A stretch of DNA of 62,741 nucleotides, filler included, from Thelocarpon superellum (taxonomy: Eukaryota), in the NCBI GenBank assembly GCA_026025795.1. It is 16 parts of 16 records of this genome, joined end to end, with 100 filler letters (N's around TTAATTAATTAA, not from the genome) between each part and the next. Parts side by side here need not be neighbours in the genome. Positions count along the whole stretch, not along the records: positions 1 to 4,028 come from JAPEUG010000763.1; positions 4,129 to 8,148 come from JAPEUG010000764.1; positions 8,249 to 12,228 come from JAPEUG010000766.1; positions 12,329 to 16,211 come from JAPEUG010000767.1; 12 more parts are not named here. The stretch is one strand, 5' to 3'. This document shows positions 1 to 14,061 of the stretch, piece by piece. The position numbers and the translations under genes are program-made. The first letter of the stretch is position 1, and every line of letters starts with the position of its first letter. Below the pieces are notes generated by a model, which was given only the letters and a program-made list of their open reading frames with translations, did not search any database and was not told the origin of the DNA.

Positions 1-97
1 TAACTAGATGAGAATCTCCAAGGATCCCTGAACACTCAATGCTCAACGCTCACTCGCCCAACTAAATACACCCAAGTCGACTATACCCAACAGGCAG

Positions 98-1563
98 TCA
101 AGGTTCGGAAACCCACAGCGGATGAGACGCGCCGTACTGCTCGTCGGCGACAGCAGCCACAGCAAGCTCCCGCTGCAAAACCGCTTCAACTTCCGTCCCC
201 TCTAACGACGTCGGACCAGGCTGTCCATCGTAACACCACACCGATTTGTTCCCCATGACCCAATGCCGGCCGTCGGGAAATTCTTGCGAGCCTGGCATCC
301 AGTGCGTCAGGTTGGCGAACTCCGGCCCGTGCTTCTTGTTGTGCCGCAGGCTGGCATTGATCCAGAACAACCGTCCCCGCGGATCCGTGTGCGCCACTTG
401 CGTCGAGCAGATTGCCGTATCGTTGGCCGGCGTTCCAATCGCCCCGGCGTAGTTTGGACTGAAGTAATATGGTGTCGATGAGAGTTCCGCGGCCATCCAG
501 TACGATTCCTTGTCACCTTCGCCGACAGAGGGTAAGCATGGGAGAGACGGCGGAAAAGAGGGGAAGGAGATTGAGCCATACCGTACACATGCTTCTTCAT
601 GCCATCGACGACTCCTACGGAATTCATCCACGCGGCAAACGCGATGCTCATGAAAACGCCGGCGCGTCCCTTGTCCAGAAAGACCACGCCCGACTCCATC
701 TCGACGTAGATGTCACTCTTCCACATCAGGCCCTTTTGCAGCATGGCGCTTGGACTTCCCGTCATCAAGGTCTGAAACCATTCGCGCATCGGTGGGTTCA
801 GCCACTGGATGGCTCGGTCATGCCAGAACATCGTGCCCGTCTCAATCAGGCCCGGCTCGGTGTCGAAGAGGTCGTCAGGCTTCTGCAAGAAGACAATGTC
901 GGCGTCGACGAGGATCACGCGTTGGAATCGACTCGCCAGCACGGCGAACGGCTTCATCGACCATCCAGCCGCAAGCCCGGCCCGGGAGCCGTCGAAGGTG
1001 CCGAGCGTATCGATTGTCTCAATGTCCACTCCCTCCGTCTTCAACTCCGCTCGGTCTTGCGCCGAGAGGTCGTCGTCCCCCACGTACGCAATCTGCATCG
1101 GCAGCGTGGAGTTGAGCACCTGCCGCAGCGTCCGGATCAGGTGCACGGCGTAGATGAATTTGTTCTGGCCGACGCAGACGACGAAGCCCGTTGACGGATG
1201 CCTCTTCTCGGCGTGAGACCACGGCGTGTAGTCGAGTTTGCTCGGTTGCAACCACGGGAGCTCCCGTCGAAGGAGGTCGAGCATCGGACGCCGGTCCAGC
1301 CGCGGCTCGTCCATCATGACTTGTGCGAGCGACGATAGCAATTCAATCCGCTGCCCCATCGCGGTGACATTGTCAAAGCTGGGCCTGGTAAAAGGCTCCA
1401 GACTCTCCAGTTGGCTGGCCACGGCCTTGGATGTTGCATCCGATCGATGGTACCTCGCTGACTTTATCGCGGGATAGAACAGGTGCTGCGCAAGGAGGAG
1501 GGAGCACAGGATCCAGAGACAAAGCACGCCGATTGTCTTCGCCCTGCAACATTTGAGCAACAT
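98..1563 (-). CDS. Alpha-1,3-mannosyltransferase, GT71 (MNN1/MNT-like), type II membrane protein; 2 exons
   Basis: N-terminal TM helix; motifs HLIRTLR, GWSMKPFAVLASRF, VILVDADIVF (DxD), MFWHDR, EMESGVV. Intron 517-581 (GTATGG...AAG) joins HVY-G to GDKESYWMAAEL in the 98..631 frame. Confidence 0.9.
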
Positions 1564-3586
1564 CGCCGCGGGTGTGGGGAGCGATCATCTAGCGCAGGCT
1601 TCAAGGAAGCAGCGTGACATTCAATCTGGCAGCCACGAGCACCGTGAAGGGAACATGCCAGGCATGAATTGTCCATGGCATTGCGTTGGTCTTGCGTGGG
1701 ATGAAAACGATGTCTTTGATGCCGTCGCCGTTCCTGACAGCTCGGCGCCGTCGATGCCACCTCCGACTATGCCGCCTAGGGATAATTTGCGGCTATATCC
1801 GATACACATTCAGGGGTACGGAGGAAGTTCTCCGTGCCCCTATGGGTACGAAGTAGCATTACTCTGCACTACCTATTACTAATAAATAGTCCTTCGTACC
1901 CGTGACATTCTCGTACCAATTCCTTGAGAGCAGCGGTAGAGGTTACTGGTGGCAAGTCGACCTTGAGGACGAGAATTCAAGAGTCTGACCGACTGACAAC
2001 CAAAATCGGTCAGCCCAAAAATCGATACTCACAGAATTGGATGAGGAGGTGAGGTACATAGCAAGCATCAAGGCCCTGCAACCTGTGGTCTTCGGCATTG
2101 TGCATAGACGTTTGCTCCCTCCCAAGATGGGACATCGATTGTCCTGTGAATGACTGCCGCTGGGGACGCATGTCGCTCAGCACCAGTAACGGGGGCCACG
2201 CCGAAGTAGTACGAGTACGGAACCTCCAGTAGGAATGTAGAGGGAAGCTCCCCGGCACAGTGGGGAGTGTCCCTCAATTCTACGTTCCTGCTTACGCGGC
2301 TTGTCACCTGCCTGCGCGCGCGTCACATGGCTGAGTGGTTGAATCGGCCTGCCGACGCTCTCGAACAGATTATGTGGTCGGGGTCTCAAGGTGCTAGTAC
2401 TACTGCTTGGTACGATAGTTTGATCCCCCACGTGAAGCCGGTACAGTAAAGACGAAGGTGAAAAGACTTGATTTCGCGACAACCCAGGGTGCTCTAGCGA
2501 GCTTCTTGCCATCATGTCTGCTCACTTGTGTCCTCCCAATGTAAGATCAATCAGCGTCTGCGATTCACGTCAGCGGCGGTCGATTCGTTGTTCATTGTAG
2601 ATGTGGTGTGACGACGAAGCCAACAGCTAGGTAGAAATGGTAGACGTAGTCAATAGGGTGGAGCGTCGTGACACAATAGGGTTCGTAGATTTATTCCTGA
2701 CCTCGTGTTGCTTGAGTTGAACGCTGGGGCTTTGCTAGCCCGCAACGAGACTCGATATATGTACCGTGGGTTAGCTTACGTGCTACGTCACGTGGCTAAT
2801 ACATGACCTCTCCTATTCCTACGGCAAGGCGTGGGACTCCCAGCCTCACATATGATGGTGGTCGGTGTTTCGTCAGGCAAGCCCAGATGCGGTAATGCCG
2901 TCGCTGCTCGGCCGACTCGGCGCCTGGACGAGGCGAGCTGTGCCCCGACTCAGCTCGGCCAAGCCTCAATCGCTCGCCTAGCCCTTCTCTTTGGCTGCCT
3001 CCGGCCAGGCCCAAGTCGCAGGTGCTCAGTGCTACGCGCTCAGGCTCGCTTGTGCAAGATGCAGGAACTGCGCCCGGCGCCGACCGCTAGCCCCACCAAC
3101 ACCAGCCCCACCGAACGCGTCGCGACGCTACTGACTCGGTGGATCGACGCCAGGCTTCCACGGGGCCAACGGCGAGGGGGGATTTGCGTAGGGTTCAGGC
3201 AGCCCGATGGACGCGAGCGAACGTCGGTCGACTCGACGGCCACCGCTCACACATGCCCCAAACACCTTGTTCCTGAGACAGGGATTCGCGGTCCGTCATT
3301 GGCCGCCACCTGGCCCTACGCCATCTGCCTCGCCCGGTCGCTCGGTGGGGCGCGGTGACAGCAGAAAGTTGTAATCATGGAACGAGGAGCGTCAACGGCG
3401 GAGTCCTTCAGACGGACAGCACAGCAGCCACGATGCGCCAGGCGGCGATGGAGCCAGGCATAGCGTGGCATGAAGTTCCAATTGACCATGTTGATGCCCT
3501 ATGCGTGAAGACATTCTCCTTCGTCGTGCCCGCAACGCATCGCTTGGACGACGTTGCCAAGAACGATCCCCCAAGTCTCTGCCTCT

Positions 3587-3613
3587 CCCCCCGCCCCCCC
3601 CCCCCCCCCCCCC
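3587..3613. repeat. Poly-C tract (C6-G-C20)
   Basis: Directly visible homopolymer. Confidence 0.9.
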
Positions 3614-3830
3614 GCCGCCCTCGTTCCCCCGTACGCATCCGTTTCCCAGTTCCCTGGCCTTGGTCCCATCGCGTGAGACTTATGTCCGAGTACGAAGGAC
3701 CAGGTTGTCGCTGGTCGTCGTCTCTTGGTCCGTTAGCGTCTCCACTCATCAAGGGCTAAAAACAATCCACTTCATACATGCGACGTTTCAGGTTGGCTGG
3801 CCACCAGCGCTGCGCATACCCACTTCGATG

Positions 3831-3860
3831 CACCCAGCACCCAGCACCCAGCACCCAGCA
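3831..3860. repeat. (CACCCAG)n 7-mer tandem repeat, about 4 copies
   Basis: cacccagcacccagcacccagcacccagca. Confidence 0.85.
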
Positions 3861-3937
3861 TTGTGCTGGCACTGTTCTGCTTTAGCCTCGACCCACCTTC
3901 GGGGGGAATAGCCTTTCTGGCCCTCCGATTCCTCAAA

Positions 3938-4028
3938 ATGGACAGTGCTCGCATTGACCTCCGTCTGGACGCCGGAGATTTGACTTCATTCCTTCGCTCA
4001 TCTCGCTCCGCCATAACACTGGACCGTT
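3938..4028 (+). CDS. Possible 5' end of an unidentified gene (MDSARIDLRLDAGDLTSF...), cut by the contig end
   Basis: Strong fungal start context CTCAAAATGG and frame open to the gap; no recognisable motif. Confidence 0.2.
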
Positions 4029-4128
4029 NNNNNNNNNNNNNNNNNNNNNNNNNNNNNNNNNNNNNNNNNNNNTTAATTAATTAANNNNNNNNNNNNNNNN
4101 NNNNNNNNNNNNNNNNNNNNNNNNNNNN
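4029..4128. other. Artificial contig spacer N44-TTAATTAATTAA-N44
   Basis: Six-frame stop linker inside N runs. Confidence 0.98.
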
Positions 4129-4603
4129 TCCGACTCCAACACCACTCCTCAGCTCCTTCGTCACCTCAGGCCGGTCCATTGCCCCCACCTTGGCTATCCC
4201 GCAGATGCTGCGTCGCGATTCGGCTTTCGACAGCTAAGGTTCCCCATCCTCCCGGCCGGTATTCTGCGCCGCTGCCGTTCCACACGCGCCATTTGTCGAG
4301 CCCCCAGATTCTTCCTTGCTCGCCTTGTCCCGGCGAATGGTGCCCGTGCTCTCTCGACCGGATTAACGGGGCACTCGTCTATTCGCTCGCCGAGGGCGAA
4401 TCCATCGTTCCAGTGTCCGCTTACAACCGCCTTCCTCTTTCGTCACTCCACGGCGCGCGGGGGCCCCCAGCGCCACCAAGCAAGCGAGATCTTCACGGTC
4501 ACTACGTTCCTGGACCGACGTCCTTAACATCATCCCCATCCTGTCCCCCATCCGCGAATCAACGCCCATCCTGGCCATCCACAATCATTTCGCACCGTAC
4601 CCC

Positions 4604-7559
4604 ATGGGATCGGAGCTTGGTGCCCGGCGACTCCTGCCACACAACGTCCAGATGCAGTCCTTTTCCTTTGCCCAGCCCAACATGGGCCCGCGAGAGAACC
4701 AGAAGAGTACGTCGTGGGCGCGGGCCATGCTGCTCGGAGCGATCCGCTGACCGGCCATCAGATTATGTCTTTGTCGATGAACATAATCGTCACAAACGGC
4801 TGAAAGGTGCGTCGGACCACCTCATCCCACCCGTCTCTTCTAACCCGTGTCGCCAGTGATGCGTGCTTGCGAGGGCTGCCGCCGACGCAAGATCAAGTGC
4901 GATGCGGCTACGACCAACACCTGGCCCTGCTCGGCCTGCATCCGCCTCAAGCTTCATTGTGTCCCGCCCACCGTCAACTATGACCAGGACGTGCCCGGGG
5001 GTGAGCAGGGCTATGATGCCGAAAAGCTGGGCGAGTACGATGGCTCGAGCGGCAGCGGCGAAGAAGACTACGGTCAGCCGCTTTCCTTTCCGCCACATCT
5101 CTTGGATGAGCGGCATGGACCCGCCGTGCCGCCGGCCCACGTGCCCTACAGCGAGAGCAGCGGCATCTATCAAGCCTCACCCTATCTGCTCCAAGGACAT
5201 GTCCCTTCGCGATCCATGTCCATCCCCTACACCTTCCACGAGCAGCCGATCGCCATGCCGGACCCGACGTATGCCCCCGAGCCCGTCTTCACGACCCCAC
5301 CCGCGCAGATGGTTCAAGCGTCCAAGACGCCGGAGTCATGGCATTCGGGACAGTACTCGCCGGATGTGACGGAGGCGCTGGGTGAATTGAAGATCGACGA
5401 GAATGGTGTCGGTAAGCAGTCGCACTTATTTCCTCTTCCGAATACCCGCTGACTGGCGGCACAGCGCCCTACATCTTCCAGCAAAAGAAGGCATTGGCGG
5501 GCGTGCCGCCCATGGAGGAGTTTGACGAATACATTCGCAATCTCCCGCTTCCCCCGCCCGGTCCTGATATGACCGTCCGCATCCCAGGCGAGTTCATGCC
5601 GTCGGATCAGCAGGCGCTGCACTACTTTGATATCTTCTTCTCCGACGTGCATCCGTACGTGCCCGTCATCGAAAAGTCCTACTTCTATCATCAGTGGCAC
5701 ACCAACCGCGACTCCATCTCGACGCTCATCTTGGAAGCCATGTTCGCCTCGGCCGGTGGCATGTCGCAAGATCCCACCCTGGGCCACAAGTGGTTGGCCT
5801 TGGCCTCGAAACATGCGGATTCGTTCATGGATGTGCCGCGTCTGAGCACCATCCAAGCCATGCTGCTCATCCTCAAGGCGCGGGAGCTGTCACCCAAGCG
5901 CGGCTACTACTACCGCTCGTGGATGACCATCGTCACCCTGGTGGCCATGGCCAAGGATCTCGGCCTGCACGAGCATTACGCCTTGCACCAGGCTGGCGAG
6001 CCCTGTGACTCGACTTACAACGAATGCATCGTCAAGACGCGCGTGTGGCAGACGCTGTTCGTCTGTGAGCTCATGATCGGCGCCCCACAGGGACGCACGG
6101 ACATGTCTGTCACCCCGTCAACGGTGGACTTGACCATTCCGCATCCTGGGCCGGGCTTGGACGAGGCGGAGCTGACGGTGTCGCGCGACTGGATGTACAT
6201 GGCGCGGATCGTCGGCAACGTGCGACGGATGAACGACACGTATGCGAACCTGAAGCGGAAGAAGGACTGGGGCTCGGATCCAGAATTCGTGCAGCTCAAT
6301 CCGACCTTTGCTGCCTGGTACGAGGAACTTCCGCCGGACCTGAAGGTGTCCTTTCCCGCCGACGGGTCGCCGCCATTCATCCGCTCGCACTTCGTCGGCA
6401 ACCTCCAGTCGTACTACAACCTCAGCATTATCATGCTCCACCGACCACAGCTGGCCTGTTCGGACTCATACGGGGTGGACGGCGAGTGGAAGAAGCACAT
6501 GATGCTGTGCTACTCCTCGGCCAAGAACCTCTGCCGTCTCCAGGAATCGGTCTTGCAGAACTTTGGTCTGTCTGGCTTGCTCTGCATGCAACGAGGCATC
6601 GGGTTTACCGTGTACGCGGTGTTGACGTGCACGGTCTTGCATTTGGTAGGTTATGGCGAAGGCCTGAAAGGCTCATGACGTCGCTGACGTGTCTAGGTTG
6701 CCATCACCTCGCCCGACCCCGAGCTCAACGTGGACGCCAAGGACTACTTCACCCGGCACATGCGCATCCTCGAGCAGTGCACGGGATCGTGGCCGATGCC
6801 GGAGATGCAGGCGCAGATCGAGGCCCTTCGCGAGGCCTTCTCAGCCGACACGAGCAAGCCGTTTGTCTTGCGCGCCTCCTTCCCGTACAATAGCCCGACG
6901 ATGCACCACGCGCGCCCCAGTCCATTGGAGCAGATGCACTATCGGAGCGCGTCCGGGAGTCATCCCACACTCGACCAGACGCCGGTCAACACGTACCATG
7001 CGCAGCCGCTCTCGCCGCCGATGTCGGCCGGGCTGATCGATCCCAAACGCCATTCGACGGCTGGACCGATGATGACGCTCCCTCCGGCTCATGCACATGC
7101 GCAAGTGCAAGCGCAGGTGCAAGCGCAAGCCCCGGCACAGCAGCAGTCCTCGTCCGTGGGCATGGATCCGTTGACGTGGAACCCTTCCAGAATTTTTGAG
7201 TACGTGGCGCCGCCGCTCACATGCGATGAACGACGACTAACACCCTGCGCAGTCAGTGGAATACGGCCTTTGGCACACCCCAACCGACGCCGCCGATGCT
7301 TCGAGCGCCGGCGCTGGCGGAGACAGCGGAGATCGCGCCGGCGCAAGACACGTGGCAGAATGCTTTCCAGAGCATTCCAAGCGCGCACAATCCTGTGACG
7401 CAAGCCCTCCCTGCATCGGCGCCGGCCATCACCCCGACTTTTGTAAGCCCGAGCATGTGGCAGAGCTCGGTGGCGGCAGTGTATGAAGATGGGCTAAAGC
7501 GACGATGGGATGTCGGCCCCGCCGCGCTCCTCAGCCCGTCGGCCAAACGGCAGCGCTGA
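4604..7559 (+). CDS. Zn(II)2Cys6 transcription factor with fungal TF middle-homology domain; 6 exons
   Basis: Spliced NYVFVDEHNRHKRLKVMRACEGCRRRKIKCDAATTNTWPCSACIRLKLHC; FFSDVHPYVPVI, IQAMLL, AKDLGLH, IMLHRP motifs. Introns 4707-4761, 4807-4856, 5412-5464, 6646-6696, 7200-7252; basic C-terminus SAKRQR. Start could be a downstream in-frame ATG (4652 or 4682). Confidence 0.92.
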
Positions 7560-8148
7560 GCCGTTCAACTGTCCGAGGATTGAGGAGGGGTCGTGCCTGG
7601 TGCGCGAGGATGTGAGCACCAAGGAAATGGTGCTCATCATGCTGGTTGTTGGGATTTATTGCTGGCGATGAATTCATCGCGATGGATTTGGTTCGGTGCA
7701 TGGACTAATGTGTTGAGGGGGCGCGATCAGGGCAATGGGCGGAGTTGATTTGCATGAAACGGACTCCTACGATATCTGGTGGGAACGAGTGGAGGCGGAT
7801 CTTGGCATGCTCTATTCCGTCGATTTAAGGGGCTCGGCGAGAATGGCGAAAATGGATCTGGAAGCAATGGCATGAAAGTAATCCTACTTCTGGTGCACGA
7901 TAGATGAGTCCAGTTGTCGTCCACCTCTTGAAAGGGATCCAATTTGGTACAGGACACTGGTAGAGCAAAAGAGGTGACCTCTGGGGCAGGCCGCGCTGGC
8001 AGCGTCAAATGCTCGGCTGAGTTGACACGGGATCTCAACTTTTCACCAAACTCATGCCGCTACTGTGTTGCGCAGTGGGAATACAGTGTAGATAGTATTA
8101 AGGCTAGCTAATTAAAACTCTGCTTGGGTCTCCCCATACCAATTATAT

Positions 8149-8248
8149 NNNNNNNNNNNNNNNNNNNNNNNNNNNNNNNNNNNNNNNNNNNNTTAATTAA
8201 TTAANNNNNNNNNNNNNNNNNNNNNNNNNNNNNNNNNNNNNNNNNNNN
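8149..8248. other. Artificial contig spacer
   Basis: N44-TTAATTAATTAA-N44. Confidence 0.98.
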
Positions 8249-8284
8249 TTCAACTTCCGGTTCCCCACCTTACAGATTCCACAG

Positions 8285-8913
8285 ACCTCCCATCCTCGAA
8301 TTCATCGTCATCGTCGGCCACCAGCAGTGACGATGACACCAGCGAGCTGAAAGACAAGTCGCGTGACAAGGTACCTCACGAACTGGTCGTACCGTCCAAG
8401 GACACATTCATTTACCATAGAGTGGCAATCAGAAATCCCAAACCACACCCAAGAAGAGCGCACCTTCTACGGCTACGACCGTAAACCACACTGGGGGGAG
8501 AGACGCAGACGGAGACGTGAGCATGGTATACCCTCCCTTGGCCCATATCCCGTTCTTCGCCTCCGCCGCTCGTAACACAGCTGAGTATCACGTAGTCCCC
8601 AACCTCACCCAGCACAGCGTCCATGCAAGAAGGAGACGGAGATGGAGGAGAAGAGCTTGATCTACACAACGACGCACAGGTCGAGGCGGCGTTTCAAAAA
8701 TACTATCTGCGGAAAGTAACGGCAGAGTACGCGGACGACATTGATACGTTACGCTCAGCGGACGACTTTACGGACGCGTCACTCCTCGTGTTGGTCAATG
8801 CGCTCCAGCAGGGCTCGTCCATATTCTCGCTGCAGGAGAAGCGGCAGGTGCTTGCTGGCCGCACGGGGGCGGGAAGGGGGAGGGGGGCAAATCACTCTAC
8901 CAACAAAACATAG
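8285..8913 (+). CDS. RSA3: Ribosome assembly protein 3-like, 5' partial, spliced
   Basis: Ser/acidic low-complexity N-part across two introns, then FQKYYLRKVTAEYADDIDTLRSADDFTDASLLVLVNALQQG typical of the Rsa3 domain. Confidence 0.8.
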
Positions 8914-9302
8914 TGTGTTCCTCGTGCGGAAAAAATCACTCGAGTCCCCCAAAACATCTCTACTTGATTTGCGTGCTATTCAAAGGAAAGCTCGGACACC
9001 ATAAATGTAAAAAGATAAAATGATCTGGTTTGAACCAGAGATGGGTTCCAAAGATTGATGACGGATTTTTTGAGTTGGGTCACGTGAACTTTCTGGTAAA
9101 AGGCAAGAATGTTATCACGACGGATTCCAACTCAATCCACAAAAGCGCCGCTTAAGTTGATATATCAAGCTACTCAGTCCCGCTCTGCGCGACGCTCCCC
9201 AGTACTACTCGTATGGAGCTTCGCTCTTCGTAAATAAATGCTTACCCCGCCGCTCCACCTTTCGACACAAACCCGAGATATTGGTAGACGAATACGTCAA
9301 CC

Positions 9303-10070
9303 ATGGCCGCCGCGTGTATTTTCTGCAAGATAATCAGAGGTAGGCTCACCCTCTCCGTCGACCTTCCCCCTTTCGACATGGTGTGAACAGTACACTTACG
9401 CGCATCATCCATCAATCACGACAGGGGAGATTCCCTCGCTGAAGCTCTTCGAGAGCGACAAGATCCTCGCCTTTCTTGACATTCAGCCCTTGAGTCGTGG
9501 CCATGCTGTAGGTGGTCTTGAATCAACTTCTCTCCTCCTTTTCTACCCTCATTCTCCTTCTCTAGACATGGCTGCGGCATTGCTGACTCTCCCCCCGTCG
9601 CCCTAGCTGGTCATTCCAAAGCACCATGGTGCCAAGTTGACTGATATCCCTGACGATCAGTTGCGAGAGGTGCTGGTAGGAGAGAGAGTCTGATTTGCCC
9701 TGATTGAATCTCGACAGGATGGTGGAGAGAGACGTGCGATGATGGCTGATGATGCGCGCACGAGTCATAGCCCGTCGTTAAAAGATTGGTCACGGCGACC
9801 GGCGCGGAAAACTACAACGTTCTGCAGAATAATGGCCGGTTGGCGCATCAGGAGGTGGATCATGTGCATTTCCACATGGTAGGGACTTGTGCGCTCTGTT
9901 ACCTCCGTCTACGAGTTCGTCTCTGTTACGTGTTGATGCTGATACTGTCCGTCTGCATCTAGATTCCAAAGCCCGATGCTAAGCAGGGTCTCGGCATCGA
10001 GTGGCCCGCCACTGCACCGGACAAGGAGAAGCTCAAGGAATTGTTGGCGGAGCTCAAGGCCAAGATGTAG
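9303..10070 (+). CDS. HNT1: HIT-family adenosine 5'-monophosphoramidase (Hint); 5 exons, missed by the ORF track
   Basis: Spliced MAAACIFCKIIR/GEIPSLKLFESDKILAFLDIQPLSRGHA/LVIPKHHGAKLTDIPDD/...YNVLQNNGRLAHQEVDHVHFHM/IPKP...ELKAKM*; histidine triad HVHFH. Confidence 0.95.
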
Positions 10071-10230
10071 GGGCTTTGTCTTCATTGTGTTGGCTTAGGT
10101 GCTCGATACTTAGATCCGGGAACATGGAGCGGCGCTCCACGACCCTCCAAGCGCTCGCTGTCACCAACCCAGGGCCTCGATGCGTGAGCCGAGACCGTGA
10201 CCCGTGATAAGCTGCTGCTCCATGTACTAC

Positions 10231-12196
<1,966 letters not shown>

Positions 12197-12228
12197 GTGA
12201 GGTCGGAAAGCGCAGAGTGGGGGATCTC

Positions 12229-12328
12229 NNNNNNNNNNNNNNNNNNNNNNNNNNNNNNNNNNNNNNNNNNNNTTAATTAATTAANNNNNNNNNNNNNNNN
12301 NNNNNNNNNNNNNNNNNNNNNNNNNNNN
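12229..12328. other. Artificial contig spacer
   Basis: N44-TTAATTAATTAA-N44. Confidence 0.98.
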
Positions 12329-13838
12329 TCGCTGATCCGGCCGCCATCCCCATCATCTACGGCCACGGCAATGGTTATCTCAAGAGGTGAATATCCACGG
12401 CATGCCCGCGGCTGGCGACCACTCGACTCACGTGGGCTTTTCCTATTCTCTGCAGCGAGTACTATGACGCTTTCGTGTCGATCCGACGCGGACTGTTCAA
12501 CACCCGTGACCGGGCGGAACATAGCCGGAAACGGAAAACCATCTCGCACACCTTCTCCGCTCGAAACGTGGCCCAATTCGAGCAGTACATCCACGCCAAC
12601 CTGCTGGAGCTGGTCAAGCAATGGGACCAACGAGTGCGGGACGCGCCGGCGCCGGAGGGGATGGCAGAGCTCGATGCGCTGTGCTGGCTGAATTATCTCG
12701 CGTTTGACATCATCGGCGACTTGGCCTGGGGTGCGCCTTTTGGCATGCTTCAGGAGGGCCGAGACATGGCCAAAGTACGCACGACGCCGACGGCACCACT
12801 TACCTATGCGCCCGCCATCGAGGTGCTCAACCGAAGGGGAGAAGTGAGCGCCACGCTGGGATGTCTGCCGCAGCTGAAACCATACGCCAAGTATCTCCCG
12901 GATCCTTTCTTCCGCAATGGCTTGAAGGCCGTGGAGAATCTGGCCGGCATCGCCGTGGCCCGGGTCAATGAACGCCTGCACATGTCCGCGGAGAAGAAGA
13001 GCGCGCGCGTTGACCTCCTCGCTCGACTGATGGAGGGACGCGACGAGAAGGGGGAGAAATTAGGACGGGAGGAACTGACGGCTGAAGCGCTGACGCAGCT
13101 CATCGCAGGAAGCGATACGACGAGTAACACGTCCTGCGCGTAGGTCGATCCCGCACGCACACGCCTGCTGGAGGAAGCAAAGCTAATGTCGAGACGAAGC
13201 ATCTTGTACTGGACGCTGAAGACGCCGCATGCGCTGGACAAGCTCCAGGACGAGCTGGACAAAGCCATCCCCTCGTCGACAATCCTGCCGGAGTTCTCGG
13301 CCGTGAAAGATCTTCCATAGTACGTGCTCCGCTGCCCCATCTTCATCCCTGCAACTAAGCCGTGCCCGCCGTCCCTCCTTGCAGCCTCAAAGCAGTAATC
13401 AACGAAACGCTCCGAATCCACTCGACATCCTCGCTCGGCCTACCGCGAGAAATCCCCACGGGCGCGGGGCCAGGGCACGGGCACGGGAACGGGCACGGAC
13501 TAGAGCTCCACGGCCACCACCTGCCACCAGGCACGGTGGTGTCGGTACCAAGCTACACGGTGCACCGCGCGCGCGGGATCTGGGGCGCGGACGCAGACTC
13601 GTTCAGACCCGAGCGCTGGTTCGGCGTGACCGAGGCGCAGAAAGCGGCGTTTATCCCCTTCAGCCATGGCCCGCGCGCGTGCGTGGGGCGGAACGTGGCG
13701 GAGATGGAACTGGTCTTGATCGTCGCCACGCTGTTTCGTCGCTACGCTTTTGAGCTGAGGCAGCGCGAGTGGCGCACGAGAGAGGGGTTCTTGAGGAAAC
13801 CGCTGCAGTGCCGTGTTGCGTTACGTCTTAGATCTTAG
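12329..13838 (+). CDS. bphA: Cytochrome P450 CYP53 (benzoate 4-monooxygenase), 5' partial, 3 visible introns
   Basis: YYDAFVSIRRGLFNTRDRAEHSRKRK, EALTQLIAGSDTTSNT (I-helix), ETLR, FRPERW, PFSHGPRACVGRNVAEMEL (heme Cys), REGFLRKP. Confidence 0.93.
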
Positions 13839-14061
13839 TGGGAGTGCAACACGGAAGGAGACGAGATTGGATTATGTTTTGGTGTAGGCTGGCCGGGCGC
13901 GGCGGGTTTCTCTGCTCTGCCCTACTACATTCCACTCCACTCCACCACTCTACCCGCTATTCATAGTCAACTCAACTCCTCCCTTCCACCTTCCACCTCC
14001 CACCTCCCTCCCACGTTGATTCATGATGATCCAGACGGCGTATCTGAGAGATGGTTGTCGT

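Noticed and set aside
60..100. Stop-codon readthrough of the GT71 gene (TGA-CTG context)
   Set aside because: The extension LPVGYSRLGCI* does not end in a targeting signal, and the protein is a secretory-pathway type
3587..3613. Poly-C tract as a functional G-quadruplex element
   Set aside because: Homopolymer length is unreliable in short-read assemblies and there is no supporting context
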